Below are positions 49,760 to 61,687 of a stretch of 64,000 nt of DNA, one piece after another. The stretch comes from Camelus ferus (Eukaryota). The notes below the pieces were generated by a model that was given only the letters and a program-made list of their open reading frames with translations, made no database searches and had not been told where the DNA came from. The number at the start of each line of letters is the position of its first letter. Positions within the stretch are counted from its first letter, which is position 1. Location of the stretch: positions 108,006,001-108,070,000 of the forward strand of contig NC_045696.1 of the NCBI RefSeq assembly GCF_009834535.1, read 5' to 3'. The position numbers and the translations under genes were made by a program.

Positions 49760-50250
49760 GGGGTTTATTTTAAATGGCTGCGACTCACTTCTAATCAATA
49801 GAATGGATGAGAAATGACCTTGTGTGATTTCTGAGGCTAAACCAAAAAACATTAAAAAAGACATTGCAGTTTCTGCCTTGTCCACTGGGACACCTGCTTT
49901 TGAGGCCCTGGGCTGCCCCGGGAAACTGTCAGCCCCCTTGAGGCTGCCATGCTGTGCGGAAGCCCAGGTCACGTGCAGAGGCGTGCGGAGGTGCCCTGGC
50001 TGACAGCTCCAGCCGCGATCCCGGGCGGCAGCCGGCATCCACAGCAGACAGGACTGAAAGTGCCGGAGGACAGTTCTAGACCCTAGCCACGGAGTCACCT
50101 CCAGCCTTCAAGTCTTCCCAGCTGAGGGCCCAGACGTGCTGGAGCCTAAACAAGCCGTAAGCCATCTCTGCTGTGCCCTTTCCAGATTTCTGACCCACAG
50201 AAGCTGTGAGCATAATAAAATGGTTGCTGTTTTACTCCACTATGGTAGTT
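49760..50250 (+). mobile_element. MaLR LTR (MLT1E/G-like)
   Basis: gtgatttctgaggcta...gaggctgccatgctgtgcggaagccca...gtcttcccagctgagg...cctgacccacag-like block...ataataaaatggttgctgtttta. Confidence 0.85.
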
Positions 50251-50399
50251 GAAAGAAAGACTTTTTCCTTCTCGCCTTAAGGCTCCATACGATGTTCACC
50301 TTTTATTCTTTTGCCCTTCCACATGCTTTTTTGGTTTCCGTTTTTAGCCTTAAATGTCTTACCCTAAACTCTTTGTATTTACTGGTTTTTAATAAAATT

Positions 50400-50580
50400 T
50401 CCCTCAAGCTCCGTTGGAAGTGGCTGGGATTCAGATCCTCCTGGGAAAGGTATTTATCCTCTGAGTCCCAGCTGCCTTGATAATGAGAGAATCATATCTA
50501 CCTTGTGGCGTTGTGTGAGGACTAGATATTGTAGGAAAAGTAACTGGCATATGGAAAGAATCCCTTAGATAAATGATAAT
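50400..50580 (+). mobile_element. MIR
   Basis: ctgggattcagatcc...atctaccttgtggcgttgtgtgaggactaga. Confidence 0.55.
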
Positions 50581-51274
50581 TAGTGTTAGACATTTTCAGA
50601 TTCAAGTTCTTTAACCCCAGACCTCAGTTTCCCATTTGTCCAAAGCACATCGCTCTAACTGAGAGTGCACAGTGTTCTCAGAGGGAGTTCGCGTGTGTAT
50701 GTGGGTGTACACGTATTGTCTGTTCTCTGCTGGATAAATCGCTGTGTGTCCTTGTAGCCCATCCATCACGGCATGAGGCTGGAGAACAACAGCAGCAAGC
50801 AAATCAAAGCAAACCAACCAAAAACGACTCTAAATTCTCACCGTGGTTATTTTTGTCTCAGGAAATTTGCAAAGCATAGAGACCAGATATTAAACAGAAC
50901 CCACGGGATAGGGCTGATCTGTGGCACAGCCTCAAGTCTGGAGAGAAAGATCCACCCTTTCCCTGGCTGGAAGTGTCTTTGCTTTTTGGAAGGATATTCC
51001 CTGCAGCAGAGACTCTGGGCAGAGTGATGCTGCAAGGATACCTTTAAAAGCTATGGACCTCCTCTCTAGAAATATGAGCACACCCGTTTCCCCACAACAA
51101 TTTGCATGCCATTTTAGAGTGTTCCTAGTTGCTATAAACAATTGACTTTGGAGTCTATTAAAGAAGCCTGTAGGAATTCGAGTGCTTGGCTTGGTGAACC
51201 TGGGGTAGTTACTTTAGTTCTGCTTAAACAGGGAGGGCTGCCCTGTGAGTGTTGCCTTATAAGGAAGGAAGCCA

Positions 51275-51460
51275 ATGTCTGTTGAGCATCTAATGTGGAG
51301 CAGGGGTTTCACAAATTGTAACTTTAATCCTCAGGAGAGCCTGGCAGGTGTTTTATCTCTTCTTTATTATGAAACTGAGAGAAGTGAAGTGACTTTTCCA
51401 AGGTCTCACAGACAATAAGCATTGGGGCCCAGATTTGAGAGATGCCAACATCCAATGATC
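51275..51460 (-). mobile_element. MIR
   Basis: tttaatcctca...gaaactgagagaagtgaagtgacttttccaaggtctcacag. Confidence 0.75.
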
Positions 51461-53799
51461 TTCTGTCATTTTCTGTTTGGGTCTTGGGGTGCTGGCTGGG
51501 ACCTGCTTCTTCAAACAGATCATGACTGGGGAGCTTGCTGGTCCTAAGCTTGCTGTTTTATTTCCTGTGTCCCTTACTCCCTCTCTTCCATCTCTGCCTA
51601 CCTCTGGCCCCTTTAACTGCTAGAGTATAGTGTTGAGTGGCAGTGGAGGGCCTGCTTTGTTGCTGGCAAGGCTTAAGAGAAGCCATCAAAGACAGTGATG
51701 TGAACAAGGGCCCCAGAGTCCGTGTGCTTGGGCTGGAATCCATTGAGCCTCCCAGACGAGGGAGGCTCAACAACATTTATTTAGTACATTTGTTTTACAG
51801 TTTTTTCCTTTGAAATAAGCTAGGCATGCAAGACATTTCTATGTCCATTTACAGCTGTGGACACAGAACTTTTTCAAGGAAAATTGTCTTACCAGGTCTT
51901 CTGATTCTGGTTCCTGGTCTCTTTCCAGTCCCTTCGAGCTGCCTCTTTTGGAAAATAAGGTTAAGCAATGCCATTCTGGGAAACTGAAACTACAAGAATG
52001 AAAACACGATGGCTTGGAGCAGTAAGCCATAATTCATTGTGATTGGGAGATGGTTTTCCTTGCTCGTGTTCTGGGAAACAGCCATCACAAATGTAGCTAA
52101 TGTAGAGTAGGCAGTAGTCTGGGAAACTGCAACATGAGATCACATCACGGCAGTGGCTTTTGAAAGATAGGGTAAATGATAAGGAATATCAAGGAAGGAA
52201 CAGAGGAGACTAAGACTTTGAAAGATTTCCTCTAATGTTGCCCGATGAGAGCGTGATCTGACTTCAGATGACCTGCACTGGTTCCTCAGACTGAAATATC
52301 CCTCCAGTGGAGAAAGGCAATTTATCAAGCAACCGGAGCTGGAAAGTAATTCTCTGAAAGAACATCCAGCTGCCCTGGCTCGTGTTCTCTGCTCACCCAG
52401 CGGAGAACTTGCAATCTGATGACTGACATGGGTTTTTTTTTTCAGTGAGAACCCTCCTGCTGGGAACTAATAAGGGATATTAGTCTATCAATCACTCTTT
52501 GTTGAGTTCAGCTCCCATGATTCAGTCTCTTGTTGTCTGATCCTCTCTGCTGGACCTGATAAGACCCCGTTGAGCAGATTTGGGACCTTGGGTCCTGACT
52601 TTGGTGCAGCCAATACTTGGGAGGCCCTCACCTGAAGAAGACAGAGTCTTTCTCATTATGTGGCCTTGGTAGCTTCTGGGGACCATAATCTTACTTTGTC
52701 CAGGAACTCAGCATGTACATCTAGTCCTTAAGCTTCAAAAAGCAGGTATTTCAAAGCACATGGGTGTGTGTTTGAGCAAGAAACTTTCAGAAGCATTCCT
52801 AAACACAGCCTCCAGTGAGGGTCTCCAACTCAGGTTAGTATCCCAAATAGGGATGAAGGGAGCCTCCCTACTACTAGGCTAAGTGCCTAGGAGGCCCCTT
52901 TGGGCCTATGGTGTCCTGAGGCTTTGAAGGAAGGAACTCACATGTAGCCTGAAGGGACGGAGCAGTATCTCAGGAGGCAACCAGATAGAATCTCTTTGGG
53001 ACAACAGCTGATCAGGCCCAGGGGCAGACGGAGAGGAGGCAGCACAGGGAGGAGAAAGGGAAGCTGTCATTGGTCTGGAGGCTGGGAAGTTGGCTGGTAA
53101 GGATGCCAGTCCCATTTGGCTCCTGAGTTCTCTTTGTAGAGATCCTTCCCATGGTCTACTCGCCTGGCCTTGGCAGTGTCCCCTCCTCCACAGTGGGCAA
53201 TGCCCTGAGACAGGTTGGGTTGGATGGAACACTTTGAGATTCCATCATGAAGAGGTCTCTAGGTGAGCCAGTGAGAGGCCCCAGGACTCTGGCTTGCTGG
53301 GACTCAGTAACCCAGATTGGTGGGGAAGGGACAGAAACTGGATAGCTTGGCTGCTAAGGCAGGACATTATATAGTGTCCTGTTGGCACAGCAGAGTTTGG
53401 GGAGCCCTGGTGTAGTGGTGGAAGGGAATGTCTCACCTGGTAGCTGGAGATGGGTGAAAGCAGGTGACACCTAAGTCAGATGGTACGTGTGTCCAGGCTC
53501 GGCACCACCTATCAAGACCAAACAAGATACTACACAGTACAGTCTTTACACTGTGGCTGATAAGTGCTTAACAGTGGCAACCACCACTGCCATCATCTTC
53601 AACGTCATCACCATCATCTTGCATAGTACTTGACTCTTATGTTCATGTTGCGTTCATAATGTCTGATAGTCGGTTATAGAAATTATCGTAAATTGTTCTG
53701 CAGTTGTATTCAGTCCACTGTTAATCCATGGTAGAGGCTGGGCCCTTAGTGGCTTCTCAGAGTTGGAAGAGCCCATGAGGAACCAAGGGTCATATGCTC

Positions 53800-54090
53800 C
53801 GGATCAGGGCCAGGCAGGTAGGACGTATATGTTAATCAGGTTATAGAATAACAGGGAAGGCTGGGGGCTAGGGGGCCCTGGAAGCTTGTGCCACGTCTAA
53901 GGGCAGCGGCTCATCAACTCTGGTTGGCTGTTGCCATGCAGAGATGTGCACCCAGGGATTCTAGCTCTTCTGATTATTAATGAAAGACAGAGATCCAGAT
54001 TTTAAGGTGACATTTTACAGTTTAAAAAATATTATAAGCCAACAAAAATGTATCTTTAGGCTGCACGGGCTCCGTTGAGTGTCAGTCTGG
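53800..54090. mobile_element. MER102-like hAT-Charlie element
   Basis: ggctgttgccatgcagagatg...ctcttctgatt...atccagattttaaggtga. Confidence 0.65.
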
Positions 54091-54507
54091 GACGCTCTTC
54101 TCTGAAGTGACAGTCCCCTCTAGGGCCCTCCTGCTCCACGGTCATCCAGTGAAACCCCGGCAGGATGGCCTGATTGTCCTTTCTAAGTCCTACCTGTATG
54201 GCAGTGTGACAAGCCTCCGAAACTGCAAATCTGGAACAGGGCTGGGTCAATAGGTCTGTAACTGCAGTCACCTGCTATTGCTTACCTGCTGTTCCAACCA
54301 TAATTGGATTGGACACAGATTCTTATCTTCCACCCAACACCATTCACCCCAGGCCTGAACTCACTTTGGAGCAATTGGAGGAGTTACATTCCTCTTGTTT
54401 ACAACCTTGCCGCTGACATAAGCTGGGGCTTAACCTCTTAAAAAAGCTGCAGAAAACAGGAGTCAACCTGAAGAAGCAAACCCTGGGTGATGCTAGAAAC
54501 ATAAATG

Positions 54508-54680
54508 CAGCACTGGCTACATGGTTGTGTAACCTGTGCATTTGCACAGGGCCCTGCGCTACGAAGGGCCCACGCTTGGTAAAACGCTCTGCTCTTGTTT
54601 TGAAATTCTTAACATTTTTTTGAACAAGGGTCCCGTGTTTTCATTTAACACAGGGCCCCACAAATTGTGTAGCTATTCTG
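54508..54680. mobile_element. MER91A-like hAT-Tip100 MITE
   Basis: cacagggccctgcgct...aagggccc...ttgaaattcttaa...tgaacaaggg...ttttcattt...gggccccacaaattgtgtagc. Confidence 0.8.
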
Positions 54681-55519
54681 AATAAATATGGTCAGAGTTG
54701 GAACCAGATCGCATAAGTGGAATTCTTTTCTTTGGAGGGGGTTTCCAAAGAAAAGATACATGTGCACTTTCATGTGAGTTGAGGTAGTACCCACGGAAAG
54801 CAGGGAGCAGGACAAAGCTTTCCTGACCATTAGAAAAGATGAGTGTGTTCTCCCCTGCTTTGTGGTGTGGGGAGGGTGGGGAAAGGGTCAGTTTCCCACG
54901 ATGTGACCACTTCCTGGGGTTTTTCCTCTTGTCTCAGGTGCTGGATCAGCACTAGCGGGTAGGCAAAGGAGATGCGGATGTGGAGTTAACTGTTCGGCAT
55001 CTGAGCAGTTTTACTAATGCATTTTATTTGGCTCTACAAGATCAAAACGGAGGATGCTGCAAAGCCACTGAAAGGTCCTCATTGAACCTCTGAGAGAGAT
55101 TCACTGGTGCTGGAACCGTAATTAATTCCACTTCTGTTGCTCCCTTATTCATGATGTCTAGGGTCTGCTGCAGAGATCTTAACTGAGCGACTTTGGGTAC
55201 AGTGGGAGAATCCAATAGAGCAAGCTTTAAAAATTAGGACTTTGTCTTTGCACTTTGGCTTTTTAGCAAAGGATTCAGAGACTGCAGCTACGGAACTTGC
55301 TCTTAGAGAGGAGGCAGAACTCGAGGCAATCTATTGTATTAATGCTCTCTCTAAGTCGCAGAGATTTGTAAATCGAGAAATGGCCTTACAAAGTTGGCAA
55401 ACTGGATAGGATGGCCAACGAATGATGATTAGAACAAGCCATCAATCTAGGGCTCAAGCAATAAAAGTAAGTGTTTCCCCTGGATAATCACCCCCTCTCT
55501 CTGCAACTCGAACACCCAA

Positions 55520-56070
55520 ATCTTTGGGATAAAAATTACATTAACTGTATAAATGAATTTGGGAGAGAATTGACATCTTTACTACAGTGAATTCTCCTGC
55601 CCAGGAACACAGGATGTTTCTCAGCTGATTCAGTTCTAACTTTTATGTCCTTTAGTGAAAATCTATGGCCTATTTTATTTAGTCCTGCATATTTTCTTAT
55701 TAACTCTGTCTTTGTATTTCATATTTTCAATGCGATTTTGAATGTCATCCTTTTTTTTTAAAACTATAATTTCTACCTGGTTAGTTCTTACTGGTATAAC
55801 AGAAAGTTGGTATTTTTATTTAATGAAAGATTCTGTAAATTCTATAATGCTTTACGATTTTCAAAAGTTTCACACACATGATTTAATATATACTTATTTT
55901 GTATATTACCATTGTCTTATTAGTTTTTATAGTTTTAATACCCCTTTTGGGGTAATTAATTATGTAATATGCAACATGTGGAATGACAGCTACAAGCACT
56001 TTCTCCAGGGTCAGAAATTGCTAATGATCATTCCTTCGACGATGAGTGCAGTACATCCTTCTCATCTGCA
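55520..56070 (-). mobile_element. Ancient L1 ORF2 fragment
   Basis: aatttgggagagaattgacatcttta...cctgcccaggaacacaggatg antisense L1. Confidence 0.7.
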
Positions 56071-56516
56071 CTGTGTTGGGAGACAATTCTGTATCATTTT
56101 GTCAAGTGCCTGCACATATTCTGAATGGGGCACTCACTGCCCATTGCTCTGAACTATCTTTTCAACGTTGTTTGTATAGCAAACAGCCTTGGAGGACAGA
56201 GATAGTGTCTCTCTCATGAGCAAAGGGAAGTTATGCTAGGAAGGACCGAAGACTTAGATTCTTTAAGCTGAGAATTCTTCTGTAACACATCTCATTGCAG
56301 GTGCTGGTGGCCTCTGGCTTTCTTTCTATCACCTGGTGGGAATTGGAATTAATGTAAAAAAAAATGGGCTACTGCTATTGATGTGAGTAATAAATGGTCT
56401 TTTATCTCTGACCCAGGAGTCTCTGGTCTTCTACCAGCATCTACAAAACAATGTTAGGCTAACTTGTTGGCTTATAAGTGGGGTAAAATCTCAGACTCTC
56501 TCATTTTTTGACAGTT

Positions 56517-56534
56517 TTGGTGATGAGGACGGGA
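56517..56534 (+). other. Retroviral primer-binding site, tRNA-Ser type
   Basis: TGGTGATGAGGACGGGAT just after the 5' LTR, versus TGGCGACGAGGATGGGAT (complement of the tRNA-Ser(GCT) 3' end). Two of the three differences are CpG decay. Confidence 0.8.
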
Positions 56535-57458
56535 TGCTCCAGAAACATGGTTTTCTGGAAGAGGAAAGATGACAGTAGTATGGGTTTAAGAATGAGACCT
56601 GAAGAAAGTCCATGGAATTGGCGGCAAACATGTCCACTTAAATTGTATGGTTGGGTGGATAATAGTCTTCCATTCTACATTTCATTAGTGAGGAGAAATT
56701 GGGGAGGTGGTTGCAGACTGAGTACCGGGAAATAAGTTCAAAGACAGCAACTCTAACAGTGCCTGGTTGTGCTAATTCTCCCCCAGGACTTTGTCACCAA
56801 TCCAGCGGTCAGCCTCCAGTCCACCCCATTTAATAGCTAGGACTAAGGTCTGCTTTGAGCGGGGAGAGGATTCATTCCTTTCAGACAACACTTACAGAGA
56901 TGCCCATCTACACCAAGCAAGGGAGGAGGGAAATTTGTCACTGCTGTGGGCAGAAATCATTAAAACTTCGGCTGGTTACTTGGTCTGAGAGTTGGTGTGT
57001 ATTAGGAAGAATGGCAACAGCTAAGACTCTTATGGTTCAACCTCTCCTGCAGGCTTGATGTCAAACTTAGAGCCACTGGAAACAAGAGTGAAAGGTCTCA
57101 GACTTGGTTTTTTGTTTTTATTTTTGTGTGTTGTTTTTTCCTTTTTTTGGTTTGTTTGTTTGTTTTTTGCAGTGGTTTCCAGCTGCTATAAGGGAGCTTT
57201 GGCCCCTTTAGGGAGATTTCCCTGAAAAAGACAAATTGCTGTGGGAAACCATAGTTGAGACATTGATGTGTATTTAGGCTCTTAATGCCGAGCTTTGGAT
57301 TTACAGTGCTATGAAGATGAAGGAGAATGAAAAATTGAACCAGAGAAATCTAGCTAGATTCTTGTGACCAGCCCAAGCACGTGGGAAAATTGTCCTTAGA
57401 CCTTTTGTTGAAACTGCACAAGACCTTAAAGGATGTTATCATTGGTGATGGTGCAGCA

Positions 57459-57677
57459 CAGCGATGAGCAAACCTTTTCTGTGAAGGGCCCAACAGTACA
57501 CGTTTTAGGCTTTGTGGCCTAAAACGTGTGCTCTAACTACTCCACTCTTTCACTGGAGCACAAAAGGAGCCACGGGCCACATGTAAACAAACAGATGTGA
57601 CTTTGTTCCAATAAAAGCTTATTTACCAAAGCAGACAGCAGGCTGGATGTGATCCACAGTCGTTTGCTGACCCCATA
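57459..57677. mobile_element. MER58A MITE nested in the provirus
   Basis: gcaaaccttttctgtgaagggcc...ttttaggctttgtgg...tgttccaataaaa...tttgctgacccc. Confidence 0.88.
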
Positions 57678-58076
57678 TCAGATGCCTCTGGTGAAGGTGT
57701 TGTCCTCAAAGAAGGATGCTTCTGGGCTAGCCGAGACTGAGTCAGCAAGGGGGTGCAAACCCCGTGGCTCTAGAAGCCTTTCAGTGAGGGGGTTTCTAAT
57801 ACTGAGACAGATGGTGTCAGCCATGAGGACCTTGCTGCCTGACACAAGAGTGTTAGGTGGGCAGAAACCACTGGAAGTTTGTTTGGAGGAGCCAGGAGCT
57901 GCCACCATGATGCTTAGAATCTAAAGTAAGTGAGAAAGCTTGTTTAATGGATGGAGCCATTCTATCCCTTCATAGCCCCTCTCCTAGCTACCCTGACCTC
58001 AGCTCCTTCATAGAGAAATATGATTAAAGGTAGGGCTGAAATCTCTGTCTTCAAGGGGGATCAAAGGTCACACACA

Positions 58077-58200
58077 TGGAGGGGAGAGTATAGCTCAGTG
58101 GTAGAGTGCATGCTTAGCAAGCCATGAGGTCCTGGGTTCAATCCCCAGTGCCTCCATTAAAAACAAACAAGCAAACCTAATTACATCTCCCCACTCAGGA
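58077..58200 (+). mobile_element. vic-1-type SINE nested in the provirus
   Basis: gtatagctcagtggtagagtgcatgcttagca...ggtcctgggttcaatcccc. TSD aaaggtca(c/t)acaca at 58063-58076 and 58201-58214. Confidence 0.94.
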
Positions 58201-58554
58201 AAAGGTCATACACACCCATCTGAGCAAGCTGGGTAACTTCAGGAAGGGGAGGGACTCAGCTTTTTATGACTTTGTGAAATACGAGTGCCCAAGTCACTAT
58301 CCTGCTCAGAGGAAAGGCACCTAGAGCCAGCTATTCATTACACAGACTTGGCCCTTGGTATGTTGTCTTGGACGTTGTCAAAACTTTCTTTTTTGTACCA
58401 CTGACATCTGAGAATTAAGATCATCTCGTATTACCATGGCTAGGTCTCCTTTCCCCAAGGTATATCAAACTCCTGCTGCCAGAATTTAGCGAGTGTGCCT
58501 CTACCCTTTCATGTCCACAGCTTTCACTATTTGGATGATGTCCCAGTTGGTTGG

Positions 58555-58962
58555 TATTATAGATGGAACTGTGTTCCCCTTAAGTTCACACGTTAATGCT
58601 TTAACCTCCAATGTGATGGTGTTTAGAGATAGGGCCTTTAAAGAGGCAATTAAGGTTAAATGAGGCATAAAGGTGTGACTCTGATCCAGTAGGACTGGTG
58701 TCCTTATAAGAAGAGGAAGAGGCCCTATGGGTCAGGGTACACAGAAAAAAAAAAAAAAAAACAAAAACAAAAAACAACACATGGAGACAGGTAAAAAGGT
58801 GGCCATTTGCAAGGCATGGAGAGAGGCCTCAGGAGAAAGCGAACCTGCCAACACCTTGTTCTTTCGACTTCCAGCCTCCAAAAAGGTAAGAAAATATATT
58901 TCTGTTCTTCATGCCACCCAGTCTGTGGTATTTTGCTATGTCAGCCCTAATAGGCTAACACA
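58555..58962 (+). mobile_element. MaLR solo LTR (MLT1A/B-like) nested in the provirus
   Basis: agatagggcctttaaagagg...ggactggtgtccttataagaagagg...gacttccagcctcca...ctaacaca. TSD GTTGG at 58550-58554 and 58963-58967. Confidence 0.92.
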
Positions 58963-59334
58963 GTTGGCAAGTCAGAGTTCTGACTCAAGGGTCCAGACTT
59001 CAGGGTTATCACATCTCTTCCAGCAGGAGTGGCTGGTGATCCTTGAAAAATTCAGGGGGATCCTCCAAAATAAAGATTCTTGGCTCTGTGTTGGCAGATT
59101 CACAGTGCTCAATCTCTCTGTCCAGGGGAATGGTCAAGGAACAATTGCTGTCTCTTCAGCCTCCCATCATTAAAGAGAAGGCCCGGCACTTTACTGGACT
59201 CAGATTTTTACCTTAGGGATGGTCGTAAGAGATTTTCAAATGTTTAAGGAAATGTCACCAATAGATAATGTAACCCTCAAACAACTGTGGTGATTTCTCC
59301 ATAGGAAAGCTACCCTAGGTCACTTGGGAAGCTT

Positions 59335-59760
59335 CCAAGAGGATAACAGGACTGGTTATTTATGCATACCTTGCAGGCAGTTATTCCTAGGATGGGAGTC
59401 CAACAAAAAGGCGGGATGAAACCCATCCCTGACATTAGCTCAAGTGGTGAGTGACACTATCCTTGTCCTGGAAAGCATTTAGGTTAGAGTCAACCTGTTG
59501 GCCAGGGTTGTTATTATTGGTAGAATTGCTTTAGTCTTTCTCCTTGTGGGCCAATATAGAGTCAGTGCAATCATTACCCTTCTATGCCTGGATCAATATC
59601 TTGACCCAAGTTGAAAGGTTAACACAAAAGCTTAAGGAGAAAGCCACCTGGTTCTCTAAGGCAGACCCTGCAGGTTTATGGGATTTGTTCAGCTAACCGG
59701 GTCTGTTACTTGGAGTCTTATTGATACTGGCCTTAATCAAAGGCTGTATGAGACAAATGG
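59335..59760 (+). pseudogene. env: Decayed gamma-type env transmembrane subunit
   Basis: Manual translation gives AVIPRMGV (fusion-peptide-like) and ESI*VRVNLLARVVIIGRIALVFLLVGQYRVSAI (ISD-like, compare SLAxVVLDNRxALDxLLAxQGGVCA). After a frameshift it reads YAWINILTQVERLTQKLKEKATWFSKADPAGLWDLFS*. Confidence 0.8.
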
Positions 59761-61027
59761 AATGGATTTGGAATCGGCCTCATTTTGTCTCTTTGATTGG
59801 AGTGACCAACAGAGTGGGGAAGATTCTCCAGAAGACAAGACGCTGTGTAAATGAGGGCTACTGTTCTGAGACAGTCTTCAATGGGCCTCTTGCATGTCTC
59901 CTGAGCAAGACACTCACTGCCCTTTGTTCTGGACTATCTTTTCAAGGATGCTTGTATAGTGGCCAGCCTTGGAAGATACAGTGTCTCCTTCCAAGCAAAT
60001 GTTAGATTTGCTTACATTCTTGGAAAATGGAGGAGATAGTGTCTCTCTCCAGAGCAAAGAACCAAGCATACTTACATTCATTATAAAAGATTTGGGTTCC
60101 CTAAGCTCAGGGTTCCTCTTCTGTAATGCAGCCAATTGTGTGTGCAGTGGCCACCTGGCCCCCTTTATGTCGCCCTGTGGAAACTGAGGCTTGGGGAACT
60201 GGTGTAAAATGATCCTTCCTCTCTGACCCAGGAGTTTTCTACTAGCTTCCATAAACCTGTGGCAAGCTAACTTATTAACTTGCAAGAAAGAGAAAACCTC
60301 AGACACTGTTCAATTCTTGATACACTCCATGGAGCCACTACCAAGCTGTTGGAGTTGGCACATAGGATGAAACCAATTTTCCACCCTGGGCCCAGAGACT
60401 ATGAAGAGGGCAGTGGGCATGCAATGGACCAGAAAAGGCCTGGACTAGCAGGTCACATCATTGGGGGATGACCCAGGAGCAGAGGGGCATGGCCATGCCA
60501 GATCGCTCTGTCTCTAGGCATGTCACAGGAAAGTTTTTCACTTAATATGAAAAAGGATTTTATCCGGACTTCTTGCTTTATTTACTAGAGCAGTTTTGCT
60601 TGACCTGTCTTCAGTCTTGCAAGGGACAGGCCAGGCTGCCATGGTGGGGTTCAGGAAAACTTGTTGTCTCCTTCAATTCCTGTTTTTATGTCCTTGTCTC
60701 CTTCCTAGAAGCTCCTTTTCTACAATGAAAATCTGTTTGAATGGAAGAACCCATTAATGGTCAGTTACACCCTCGTGTTAATTTACATTATTTGGAGTGT
60801 TATATCTCTTGAAGAACATTCTTTGAACCTTAGCTACGTTTTTGGAAAAGATGACTCTTCACACAGAAGATAATAACAGCACTTTAGAGCAGGCAGAGAT
60901 ATCGGGAAGGGTCTTCTGGTGCCTTTGGCATGGTGCCACGTTGACCACAGCTCTCCTCCACCTTTCTGACTAGCTGGGGTGCTGATGGCTGGCTCCTTGG
61001 TACCCTTCCCCTCTCTGAACAATCCTT

Positions 61028-61687
61028 AGACTTACCATATGATCCAGCAATCCAACTCCTGGGCATATGTCCGGAGGGAACTCTAATACAAAAAGATACA
61101 TGCACCCCAATGTTCATAGCAGCACTATTTACAATAGACAAGACATGGAAACAACGTAAATGTCCATTGACAGATGACTGGATAAAGAAGTTGTGATATA
61201 TTTATACAATGGAATACTATTCGGAGATTAAAAAGAATAAAATAATGGCATTTGTAGTAATATGGATGGACCTAGAGATTGTCATTCTAAGTGAAGTAAG
61301 CCAGAAAGAGAAACACCAGTATGATATCACTGTGTAATAGTGAAAAAAAAAAAGAAAAAGAAAAAAGAGGACACTAATGAACTCATCTACAAAACAGAAA
61401 CAGACTCACAGACATAAAAAATCTTATGGTTACTGGGGGAAGAGGGGAAGGGGTAAATTTGGGAGTTTGAGATTTGCAAATGTTAACCACTGTATATAAA
61501 AATTGATAAACAATAAATTTCTTTTGTATAGCAGAGGGAACTATATTCAATATCTTGTAATAATCTTTAATGAAAAAGAAAATGAAAATGAATATATATT
61601 GTATGTATATGCATGACTGGGACAGTTGTGCTGTACACCAGAAATTGACACATTGTAACTGAGTATGCTTCAATTAAAAAAAAAAAA
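61028..61687 (+). mobile_element. Young camelid-type L1 3' end
   Basis: ttaccatatgatccagcaatccaactcctgggcatat...agatacatgcaccccaatgttcatagcagcac...gacacattgtaactga then poly(A); ccttag on both flanks. Confidence 0.95.

Larger units (their letters stand above)
56074..60322 (+). mobile_element. Decayed two-LTR endogenous retrovirus with MER77-like LTRs
   Basis: 5' LTR 56074-56512 (tgttgggagacaattct...ttgaca) and 3' LTR 59862-60322 share cactcactgccc, actatcttttcaa, cagccttgga, gagatagtgtctctctc and tctctgacccaggagt. Flanks cactg/cactc form a 5-bp TSD with one mismatch. A PBS and an env remnant are present. Confidence 0.9.

Noticed and set aside
54869..55120. G4-like tract, 21-nt AG..GT microexon and a TACTAAT branch point with acceptor
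   Set aside because: Weak donors, stops in the obvious frames and no homology recognised. A lncRNA exon cannot be excluded but is unsupported.
56547..56735. Short ORF after the PBS as possible gag start
   Set aside because: The position fits, but I see no capsid homology region or zinc knuckle.
58077..58155. tRNA-like sequences (also at 20740, 36140, 37410)
   Set aside because: These are SINE heads with SINE tails and TSDs, not tRNA genes.
58727..59173. 148-aa ORF, the longest in the window
   Set aside because: It begins in an MLT1 LTR A-run and crosses an element boundary, so it is a chance ORF.
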